From the NCBI RefSeq assembly GCF_009914755.1, contig NC_060925.1: a DNA stretch of 64,000 bases. One strand, written 5' to 3'. The number at the start of each line of letters is the position of its first letter. Position 1 is the stretch's first letter. This DNA is from the human T2T-CHM13v2.0 reference genome, Homo sapiens. Shown here one piece after another: positions 53,401-64,000 of the stretch. The notes beneath the pieces were generated by a model, which was given only the letters and a program-made list of their open reading frames with translations, was not told the origin of the DNA and searched no databases. Both the position numbers and the translations under genes were made by a program.

Positions 53401-56400
53401 CAGAAAATCTTTTGTGATGTGTGCGTTCAACTCACAGAGTTTAACTTTTCTTCTCATAGAGCAGTTAGGAAACACTCTGTTTGTAAAGTCTGCAAGTGGA
53501 TATTCAGACCTCTTTGAAGCCTTCGTTGGAAACGGGATTTCTTCATATTATGCTAGACAGAATAATTCTCAGTAACTTCCTTGTGTTGTGTGTATTCAAC
53601 TCACAGAGTTGAACGATCCTTTACAGAGATCAGGATTGAAACACTCTTTTTGTCGAATTTGCAAGTGGAGATTTCAGCCGCTTTGAGGTCAATGGTAGAA
53701 TAGGAAATATCTTCTTATAGAAACTAGACAGAATGATTCTCATAAACTCCTTTGTGATGTGTGCGTTCAACTCACAGAGTTTAACCTTTCTTTTCATAGA
53801 GCAGTTAGGAAACACTCTGTTTGTAAAGTCTGCAAGTGGATATTCAGACCCCCTTGAGGCCTTCGTTGGAAACGGGATTTCTTCATATTCTGCTAGACAG
53901 AAGAATTCTCAGTAACTTCCTTGTGTTGTGTGTATTCAACTCACAGAGTTGAACGATCCTTTACACAGAGCAGACTTGAAACACTCTTCTTGTGGAATTT
54001 GCAAGTGGAGATTTCAGCCGCTTTGAGGTCAATGGTAGAAAAGTAAATATCTTCGTATAAAGACTAGACAGAATGATTCTCAGAAACTCCTTTGTGATGT
54101 GTGCGTTCAACTCACAGAGTTTAACCTTTCTGTTCATAGAGCAGTTAGGAAACACTCTGTTTGTAAAGTCTGCAAGTGGATATTCAGACCTCCTTGAGGC
54201 CTTCGTTGGAAACGGGATTTCTTCATATTCTGCTAGACAGAAGAATTCTCAGTAACTTCCTTGTGTTGTGTGTATTCAACTCACAGAGTTGAACGATCCT
54301 TTACACAGAGCAGACTTGAAACACTCTTCTTGTGGAATTTGCAAGTGGAGATTTCAGCCGCTTTGAGGTCAATGGTAGAAAAGGAAATATCTTCGTATAA
54401 AGACTAGACAGAATGATTCTCAGAAACTCCTTTGTGATGTGTGCGTTCAACTCACAGAGTTTAACCTTTCTGTTCATAGAGCAGTTAGGAAACACTCTGT
54501 TTGTAAAGTCTGCAAGTGGATATTCAGACCCCCTTGAGGCCTTCGTTGGAAACGGGATTTCTTCATATTCTGCTAGACAGAAGAATTCTCAGTAACTTCC
54601 TTGTGTTGTGTGTATTCAACTCACAGAGTTGAACGATCCTTTACACAGAGCAGACTTGAAACACTCTTTTTGTGGAATTTGCAAGTGGAGATTTCAGCCG
54701 CTTTGAGGTCAATGGTAGAAAAGGAAACTATCTTCATATAAAGACTAGACAGAATGATTCTCAGAAAATCTTTTGTGATGTGTGCGTTCAACTCACAGAG
54801 TTTAACTTTTCTTCTCATAGAGCAGTTAGGAAACACTCTGTTTGTAAAGTCTGCAAGTGTATATTCAGACCTCTTTGAGGCCTTCGTTGGAAACGGGATT
54901 TCTTCATATTATGCTAGACAGAATAATTCTCAGTAACTTCCTTGTGTTGTGTGTATTCAACTCACAGAGTTGAAGGATCCTTTACAGAGAGCAGGCTTGA
55001 AACACTCTTTTTGTCGAATTTGCAAGTGGAGATTTCAGCCGCTTTGAGGTCAATGGTAGAATAGGAAATATCTTCTTATAGAAACTAGACAAAATGATTC
55101 TCATGAACTCCTTTGTGAAGTGTGCGTTCAACTCACAGAGTTTAACCTTTCTTTTCATAGAGCAGTTAGGAAACACTCTGTTTGTAAAGTCTGCAAGTGG
55201 ATATTCAGACCTCCTTGAGGCCTTCGTTGGAAACGGGATTTCTTCATATTCTGCTAGACAGAAGAATTCTCATTAACTTCCTTGTGTTGTGTTTATTCAA
55301 CTCACAGAGTTGAATGATCCTTTACACAGAGCAGACTTGAAACACTCTTTTTGTGGAATTTGCAAGTGGAGATTTCAGCCGCTTTGAGGTCAATGGTAGA
55401 AAAGGAAATATCTTCGTATAAAGACTAGACAGAATGATTCTCAGAAACTCCTTTGTGATGTGTGCGTTCAACTCACAGAGTTTAACCTTTCTGTTCATAG
55501 AGCAGTTAGGAAACACTCTGTTTGTAAAGTCTGCAAGTGGATATTCAGACCTCCTTGAGGCCTTCGTTGGAAACGGGATTTCTTCATATTCTGCTAGACA
55601 GAAGGATTCTCAGTAACTTCCTTGTGTTGTGTGTATTCAACTCACAGAGTTGAACGATCCTTTACACAGAGCAGACTTGAAACACTCTTTTTGTGGAATT
55701 TGCAAGTGGAGATTTCAGCCGCTTTGAGGTCAATAGTAGAAAAGGAAATATCTTCGTAGAAAAACTAGACAGAATGATTCTCAGAAACTCCTTTGTGATG
55801 TGTGCGTTCAACTCACAGAGTTTAACCTTTCTTTTCATAGAGCAGTTAGTAAACACTCTGTTTATAAAGTCTGCAAGTGGATATTCAGACCCCTTTGAGG
55901 CCTTCGTTGGAAACGGGATTTCTTCATATTATGCTAGACAGAAGAATTCTCAGTAACTTCCTTGTGTTGTGTGTATTCAACTGACAGAGTTGAACTTTCA
56001 TTTAGAGAGAGCAGATTTGAAACACTGTTTTTGTGGAATTTGCAAGTGGAGATTTCAAGCGCTTTGGGGCCAAAGGCAGAAAAGGAAATATCTTCGTATA
56101 AAAACTAGACAGAATCATTCTCAGAAACTGCTGCGTGATGTGTGCGTTCAACTCTCAGAGTTTAACTTTTCTTTTCATTCAGCGGTTTGGAAACACTCTG
56201 TTTGTAAAGTCTGCACGTGGATATTTTGACCACTTAGAGGCCTTCGTTGGAAACGGGTTTTTTTCATGTAAGGCTAGACAGAAGAATTCCCAGTAACTTC
56301 CTTGTGTTGTGTGCATTCAACTCACAGAGTTGAACGTTCCCTTAGACAGAGCAGATTTGAAACACTCTATTTGTGCAATTTGCAAGTGTAGATTTCAAGC

Positions 56401-59400
56401 GCTTTAAGGTCAACGGCAGAAAAGGAAATATCTTCGTTTCAAAACTAGACAGAATCATTCCCACAAACTGCGTTGTGATGTGTTCGTTCAACTCACAGAG
56501 TTTAACCTTTCTGTTCATAGAGCAGTTAGGAAACACTCTGTTTGTAAAGTCTGTAAGTGGATATTCTGACATCTTGTGGCCTTCGTTGGAAACGGGATTT
56601 CTTCATATTCTGCTAGACAGAAGAATTCTCAGTAACTTCCTTGTGTTGTGTGTATTCAACTCACAGAGTTGAACGATCCTTTACACAGAGCAGACTTGAA
56701 ACACTCTTTTTGTGGAATTTGCAAGTGGAGATTTCAGCCGCTTTGAGGTCAATGGTAGAAAAGGAAATATCTTCGTATAAAGACTAGACAGAATGATTCT
56801 CAGAAACTCCTTTGTGATGTGTGCGTTCAACTCACAGAGTTTAACTTTTCTTTTCAAAGAGCAGTTAGGAAACACTCTCTTTGTAAAGTCTGCAAGTGGA
56901 TATTCAGACCTCTTTGAGGCCTTCGTTGGAAACGGGATTTCTTCATATTCTGCTAGACAGAAGAATTCTCAGTAACTTCCTTGTGTTGTGTGTATTCAAC
57001 TCACAGAGTTGAACGATCCTTTACACAGAGCAGACTTGAAACATTCTTTTTGTGGAATTTGCAAGTGGAGATTTCAGCCGCTTTGAGGTCAATGTTAGAA
57101 TAGGAAATATCTTCCTATAGAAACTAGACAGAACGATTCTCAGAAACTCCGTTGTGATGTGTGCGTTCAACTCACAGAGTTTAACCTTTCTTTTCATAGA
57201 GCAGTTAGGAAACACTCTGTTTGTAAAGTCTGCAAGTGGATATTCAGACCTCTTTGAGGCCTTCGTTGGAAACGGGATTTCTTCCTATTCTGCTAGACAG
57301 AAGAATTCTCAGTAACTTCCTTGTGTTGTGTGTATTCAACTCACAGAGTTGAACGATCCTTTACACAGAGCAGACTTGAAACACTCTTTTTGTGGAATTT
57401 GCAAGTGGAGATTTCAGCCGCTTTGAGGTCAATAGTAGAAAAGGAAATATCTTCGTAGAAAAACTAGACAGAATGATTCTCAGAAACTCCTTTGTGATGT
57501 GTGTGTTCAACTCACAGAGTTTAACCTTTCTTTTCATAGAGCAGTTAGTAAACACTCTGTTTATAAAGTCTGCAAGTGGATATTCAGACCCCTTTGAGGC
57601 CTTCGTTGGAAACGGGATTTCTTCATATTCTGCTAGACAGAAGAATTCTCAGTAACTTCCTTGTGTTGTGTGTATTCAACTGACAGAGTTGAACTTTCAT
57701 TTGGAGAGAGCAGATTTGAAACACTGTTTTTGTGGAATTTGCAAGTGGAGATTTCAAGCGCTTTGGGGCCAAAGGCAGAAAAGGAAATATCTTCGTATAA
57801 AAACTAGACAGAATCATTCTCAGAAACTGCTGCGTGATGTGTGCGTTCAACTCTCAGAGTTTAACTTTTCTTTTCATTCAGCGGTTTGGAAACACTCTGT
57901 TTGTAAAGTCTGCACGTGGATATTTTGACCACTTAGAGGCCTTCGTTGGAAACGGGTTTTCTTCATGTAAGGCTAGACAGAAGAATTCCCAGTAACTTCC
58001 TTGTGTTGTGTGCATTCAACTCACAGAGTTGAACGTTCCCTTAGACAGAGCAGATTTGAAACACTCTATTTGTGCAATTTGCAAGTGTAGATTTCAAGCG
58101 CTTTAAGGTCAACGGCAGAAAAGGAAATATCTTCGTTTCAAAACTAGACAGAATCATTCCCACAAACTGCGTTGTGATGTGTTCGTTCAACTCACAGAGT
58201 TTAACCTTTCTGTTCATAGAGCAGTTAGGAAACACTCTGTTTGTAAAGTCTGTAAGTGGATATTCTGACATCTTGTGGCCTTCGTTGGAAACGGGATTTC
58301 TTCATATTCTGCTAGACAGAAGAATTCTCAGTAACTTCCTTGTGTTGTGTGTATTCAACTCACAGAGTTGAACGATCCTTTACACAGAGCAGACTTGAAA
58401 CACTCTTTTTGTGGAATTTGCAAGTGGAGATTTCAGCCGCTTTGAGGTCAATGGTAGAAAAGGAAACTATCTTCATATAAAGACTAGACAGAATGATTCT
58501 CAGAAAATCTTTTGTGATGTGTGCGTTCAACTCACAGAGTTTAACTTTTCTTCTCATAGAGCAGTTAGGAAACACTCTGTTTGTAAAGTCTGCAAGTGGA
58601 TATTCAGACCTCTTTGAGGCCTTCGTTGGAAACGGGATTTCGTCATATTATGCTAGACAGAATAATTCTCAGTAACTTCCTTGTGTTGTGTGTATTCAAC
58701 TCACAGAGTTGAAGGATCCTTTACAGAGAGCAGGCTTGAAACACTCTTTTTGTCGAATTTGCAAGTGGAGATTTCAGCCGCTTTGAGGTCAATGGTAGAA
58801 TAGGAAATATCTTCTTATAGAAACTAGACAGAATGATTCTCATAAACTCCTTTGTGATGTGTGCGTTCAACTCACAGAGTTTAACCTTTCTTTTCATAGA
58901 GCAGTTAGGAAAAACTCTGTTTGAAAAGTCGGCAAGTGGATATTCAGACCTCCTTGAGGCCTTCGTTGGAAACGGGATTTCTTCATATTCTGCTAGACAG
59001 AAGAATTCTCAGTAACTTCCTTGTGTTGTGTTTATTCAACTCACAGAGTTGAATGATCCTTTACACAGAGCAGACTTGAAACACTCTTTTTGTGGAATTT
59101 GCAAGTGGAGATTTCAGCCGCTTTGAGGTCAATGGTAGAAAAGTAAATATCTTCGTATAAAGACTAGACAGAATGATTCTCAAAAACTCCTTTGTGATGT
59201 GTGCGTTCAACTCACAGAGTTTAACCTTTCTGTTCATAGAGCAGTTAGGAAACACTCTGTTTGTAAAGTCTGCAAGTGGATATTCAGACCTCCTTGAGGC
59301 CTTCGTTGGAAACGGGATTTCTTCATACTCTGCTAGACAGAAGAATTCTCAGTAACTTCCTTGTGTTGTGTGTATTCAACTCACAGAGTTGAACGATCCT

Positions 59401-62400
59401 TTACACAGAGCAGACTTGAAACACTCTTTTTGTGGAATTTGCAAGTGGAGATTTCAGCCGCTTTGAGGTCAATAGTAGAAAAGGAAATATCTTCGTAGAA
59501 AAACTAGACAGAATGATTCTCAGAAACTCCTTTGTGATGTGTGTGTTCAACTCACAGAGTTTAACCTTTCTTTTCATAGAGCAGTTAGTAAACACTCTGT
59601 TTATAAAGTCTGCAAGTGGATATTCAGACCCCTTTGAGGCCTTCGTTGGAAACGGGATTTCTTCATATTATGCTAGACAGAAGAATTCTCAGTAACTTCC
59701 TTGTGTTGTGTGTATTCAACTGACAGAGTTGAACTTTCATTTAGAGAGAGCAGATTTGAAACACTGTTTTTGTGGAATTTGCAAGTGGAGATTTCAAGCG
59801 CTTTGGGGCCAAAGGCAGAAAAGGAAATATCTTCGTATAAAAACTAGACAGAATCATTCTCAGAAACTGCTGCGTGATGTGTGCGTTCAACTCTCAGAGT
59901 TTAACTTTTCTTTTCATTCAGCGGTTTGGAAACACTCTGTTTGTAAAGTCTGCACGTGGATATTTTGACCACTTAGAGGCCTTTGTTGGAAACGGGTTTT
60001 TTTCATGTAAGGCTAGACAGAAGAATTCCCAGTAACTTCCTTGTGTTGTGTGCATTCAACTCACAGAGTTGAACGTTCCCTTAGACAGAGCAGATTTGAA
60101 ACACTCTATTTGTGCAATTTCCAAGTGTAGATTTCAAGCGCTTTAAGGTCAACGGCAGAAAAGGAAATATCTTCGTTTCAAAACTAGAGAGAATCATTCC
60201 CACAAACTGCGTTGTGATGTGTTCGTTCAACTCACAGAGTTTAACCTTTCTGTTCATAGAGCAGTTAGGAAACACTCTGTAAAGTCTGTAAGTGGATATT
60301 CTGACATCTTGTGGCCTTCGTTGGAAACGGGATTTCTTCATATTCTGCTAGACAGAAGAATTCTCAGTAACTTCCTTGTGTTGTGTGTATTCAACTCACA
60401 GAGTTGAACGATCCTTTACACAGAGCAGACTTGAAACACTCTTTTTGTGGAATTTGCAAGTGGAGATTTCAGCCGCTTTGAGGTCAATGGTAGAAAAGGA
60501 AACTATCTTCATATAAAGACTAGACAGAATGATTCTCAGAAAATCTTTTGTGATGTGTGCGTTCAACTCACAGAGTTTAACTTTTCTTCTCATAGAGCAG
60601 TTAGGAAACACTCTGTTTGTAAAGTCTGCAAGTGGATATTCAGACCTCTTTGAAGCCTTCGTTGGAAACGGGATTTCTTCATATTATGCTAGACAGAATA
60701 ATTCTCAGTAACTTCCTTGTGTTGTGTGTATTCAACTCACAGAGTTGAACGATCCTTTACAGAGATCAGGATTGAAACACTCTTTTTGTCGAATTTGCAA
60801 GTGGAGATTTCAGCCGCTTTGAGGTCAATGGTAGAATAGGAAATATCTTCTTATAGAAACTAGACAGAATGATTCTCATAAACTCCTTTGTGATGTGTGC
60901 GTTCAACTCACAGAGTTTAACCTTTCTTTTCATAGAGCAGTTAGGAAAAACTCTGTTTGAAAAGTCTCCAAGTGGATATTCAGACCTCCTTGAGGCCTTC
61001 GTTGGAAACGGGATTTCTTCATATTCTGCTAGACAGAAGAATTCTCAGTAACTTCCTTGTGTTGTGTTTATTCAACTCACAGAGTTGAATGATCCTTTAC
61101 ACAGAGCAGACTTGAAACACTCTTTTTGTGGAATTTGCAAGTGGAGATTTCAGCCGCTTTGAGGTCAATGGTAGAAAAGTAAATATCTTCGTATAAAGAC
61201 TAGACAGAATGATTCTCAGAAACTCCTTTGTGATGTGTGCGTTCAACTCACAGAGTTTAACCTTTCTGTTCATAGAGCAGTTAGGAAACACTCTGTTTGT
61301 AAAGTCTGCAAGTGGATATTCAGACCCCCTTGAGGCCTTCGTTGGAAACGGGATTTCTTCATATTCTGCTAGACAGAAGAATTCTCAGTAACTTCCTTGT
61401 GTTGTGTGTATTCAACTCACAGAGTTGAACGATCCTTTACACAGAGCAGACTTGAAACACTCTTTTTGTGGAATTTGCAAGTGGAGATTTCAGCCGCTTT
61501 GAGGTCAATAGTAGAAAAGGAAATATCTTCGTAGAAAAACTAGACAGAATGATTCTCAGAAACTCCTTTGTGATGTGTGTGTTCAACTCACAGAGTTTAA
61601 CCTTTCTTTTCATAGAGCAGTTAGTAAACACTCTGTTTATAAAGTCTGCAAGTGGATATTCAGACCCCTTTGAGGCCTTCGTTGGAAACGGGATTTCTTC
61701 ATATTATGCTAGACAGAAGAATTCTCAGTAACTTCCTTGTGTTGTTTGTATTCAACTGACAGAGTTGAACTTTCATTTAGAGAGAGCAGATTTGAAACAC
61801 TGTTTTTGTGGAATTTGCAAGTGGAGATTTCAAGCGCTTTGGGGCCAAAGGCAGAAAAGGAAATATCTTCGTATAAAAACTAGACAGAATCATTCTCAGA
61901 AACTGCCGCGTGATGTGTGCGTTCAACTCTCAGAGTTTAACATTTCTTTTCATTCAGCGGTTTGGAAACACTCTGTTTGTAAAGTCTGCACGTGGATATT
62001 TTGACCACTTAGAGGCCTTCGTTGGAAACGGTTTTTTTTCATGTAAGGCTAGACAGAAGAATTCCCAGTAACTTCCTTGTGTTGTGTGCATTCAACTCAC
62101 AGAGTTGAACGTTCCCTTAGACAGAGCAGATTTGAAACACTCTATTTGTGCAATTTGCAAGTGTAGATTTCAAGCGCTTTAAGGTCAACGGCAGAAAAGG
62201 AAATATCTTCGTTTCAAAACTAGATAGAATCATTCCCACAAACTGCGTTGTGATGTGTTCGTTCAACTCACAGAGTTTAACCTTTCTGTTCATAGAGCAG
62301 TTAGGAAACACTCTGTTTGTAAAGTCTGTAAGTGGATATTCTGACATCTTGTGGCCTTCGTTGGAAACGGGATTTCTTCATATTCTGCTAGACAGAAGAA

Positions 62401-64000
62401 TTCTCAGTAACTTCCTTGTGTTGTGTGTATTCAACTCACAGAGTTGAACGATCCTTTACACAGAGCAGACTTGAAACACTCTTTTTGTGGAATTTGCAAG
62501 TGGAGATTTCAGCCGCTTTGAGGTCAATGGTAGAAAAGGAAACTATCTTCATATAAAGACTAGACAGAATGATTCTCAGAAAATCTTTTGTGATGTGTGC
62601 GTTCAACTCACAGAGTTTAACTTTTCTTCTCATAGAGCAGTTAGGAAACACTCTGTTTGTAAAGTCTGCAAGTGGATATTCAGACCTCTTTGAGGCCTTC
62701 GTTGGAAACGGGATTTCGTCATATTATGCTAGACAGAATAATTCTCAGTAACTTCCTTGTGTTGTGTGTATTCAACTCACAGAGTTGAAGGATCCTTTAC
62801 AGAGAGCAGGCTTGAAACACTCTTTTTGTCGAATTTGCAAGTGGAGATTTCAGCCGCTTTGAGGTCAATGGTAGAATAGGAAATATCTTCTTATAGAAAC
62901 TAGACAGAATGATTCTCATAAACTCCTTTGTGATGTGTGCGTTCAACTCACAGAGTTTAACCTTTCTTTTCATAGAGCAGTTAGGAAAAACTCTGTTTGA
63001 AAAGTCTGCAAGTGGATATTCAGACCTCCTTGAGGCCTTCGTTGGAAACGGGATTTCTTCATATTCTGCTAGACAGAAGAATTCTCAGTAACTTCCTTGT
63101 GTTGTGTTTATTCAACTCACAGAGTTGAATGATCCTTTACACAGAGCAGACTTGAAACACTCTTTTTGTGGAATTTGCAAGTGGAGATTTCAGCCGCTTT
63201 GAGGTCAATGGTAGAAAAGTAAATATCTTCGTATAAAGACTAGACAGAATGATTCTCAAAAACTCCTTTGTGATGTGTGCGTTCAACTCACAGAGTTTAA
63301 CCTTTCTGTTCATAGAGCAGTTAGGAAACACTCTGTTTGTAAAGTCTGCAAGTGGATATTCAGACCTCCTTGAGGCCTTCGTTGGAAACGGGATTTCTTC
63401 ATACTCTGCTAGACAGAAGAATTCTCAGTAACTTCCTTGTGTTGTGTGTATTCAACTCACAGAGTTGAACGATCCTTTACACAGAGCAGACTTGAAACAC
63501 TCTTTTTGTGGAATTTGCAAGTGGAGATTTCAGCCGCTTTGAGGTCAATAGTAGAAAAGGAAATATCTTCGTAGAAAAACTAGACAGAATGATTCTCAGA
63601 AACTCCTTTGTGATGTGTGTGTTCAACTCACAGAGTTTAACCTTTCTTTTCATAGAGCAGTTAGTAAACACTCTGTTTATAAAGTCTGCAAGTGGATATT
63701 CAGACCCCTTTGAGGCCTTCGTTGGAAACGGGATTTCTTCATATTATGCTAGACAGAAGAATTCTCAGTAACTTCCTTGTGTTGTGTGTATTCAACTGAC
63801 AGAGTTGAACTTTCATTTAGAGAGAGCAGATTTGAAACACTGTTTTTGTGGAATTTGCAAGTGGAGATTTCAAGCGCTTTGGGGCCAAAGGCAGAAAAGG
63901 AAATATCTTCGTATAAAAACTAGACAGAATCATTCTCAGAAACTGCTGCGTGATGTGTGCGTTCAACTCTCAGAGTTTAACTTTTCTTTTCATTCAGCGG
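44416..64000 (+). repeat. Right HOR domain: mainly 12-mers (2040/2036 bp), with one 20-mer (52572-55968) and one 10-mer (55969-57667)
   Basis: X markers at 44416, 46456, 48496, 50536, 52572, 55969, 57668, 59708, 61744, 63784. Spacings 2040, 2040, 2040, 2036, 3397, 1699, 2040, 2036, 2040. Confidence 0.9.

Larger units (their letters stand above)
1..64000 (+). repeat. Centromeric alpha-satellite HOR array, SF1 dimeric type (probably S1C1/5/19H1L = D1Z7/D5Z2/D19Z3)
   Basis: Tandem ~170-bp monomers with alpha-satellite motifs (CTAGACAGAAGAATTCTCAG, TTCAACTCACAGAGTT, GAAACACTCT). Dimers are 339-341 bp, with a CENP-B box in alternate monomers and EcoRI GAATTC once per dimer (197, 536, ...). Near-identical HOR copies (position 1 recurs at 2041). 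The alpha-satellite/SF1 call is firm; the named-array assignment is from recognition, not a search. Confidence 0.97.

Noticed and set aside
155-63740. CRISPR-like look of a regularly spaced conserved motif
   Set aside because: The intervening ~320 bp are themselves repeats rather than unique spacers, no cas genes are present, and the motif is the CENP-B box.
255-63771. Hundreds of 60-99 aa ORFs on both strands
   Set aside because: They recur with the 340-bp satellite period, overlap on opposite strands, often start at non-ATG codons, are broken freely by indels and resemble no protein family I recognise. They are chance translations of alpha-satellite.
1-64000. L1/Alu insertion, inversion or non-satellite island
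   Set aside because: Every X-to-X spacing is within a few bases of a multiple of 340 bp and explained by small indels; all boxes read on the + strand; no poly-A tail or foreign sequence seen.
1-64000. Assignment to a specific chromosome or to the CENP-A/kinetochore site
   Set aside because: Chromosomes 1, 5 and 19 share this HOR family, and kinetochore position is epigenetic; neither can be read from this sequence without alignment or chromatin data.

Overview
The whole 64-kb window is one uninterrupted, head-to-tail, single-orientation array of primate centromeric alpha-satellite, almost certainly human. It holds about 376 monomers of ~170 bp arranged as ~340-bp dimers. Every second monomer carries a CENP-B box (CTTCGTTGGAAACGGGA) and most dimers carry one EcoRI site. 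This is the suprachromosomal family 1 (J1/J2 dimeric) architecture and resembles the live D1Z7/D5Z2/D19Z3 (S1C1/5/19H1L) array; the chromosome is not established. I saw no genes, RNA genes, transposons, CRISPR or inversions, and the ORFs are artefacts of the repeat. Diagnostic SNPs separate eight dimer types, which I label X, Y, A, B, C, D, E, F. The full set X-Y-A-B-C-D-E-F is a 16-mer (2720 bp). Measured between successive X dimers there are 28 higher-order repeat (HOR) units: six 10-mers, twelve 12-mers, five 16-mers, four 18-mers and one 20-mer. They form three haplotype domains, with an 8.5-kb super-repeat in the middle, long-range copied blocks, a small island of private mutations and a few disrupted CENP-B boxes. 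I found no evidence for a new biological system; the points of interest concern satellite structure and evolution. All variants were read by eye, not by alignment.
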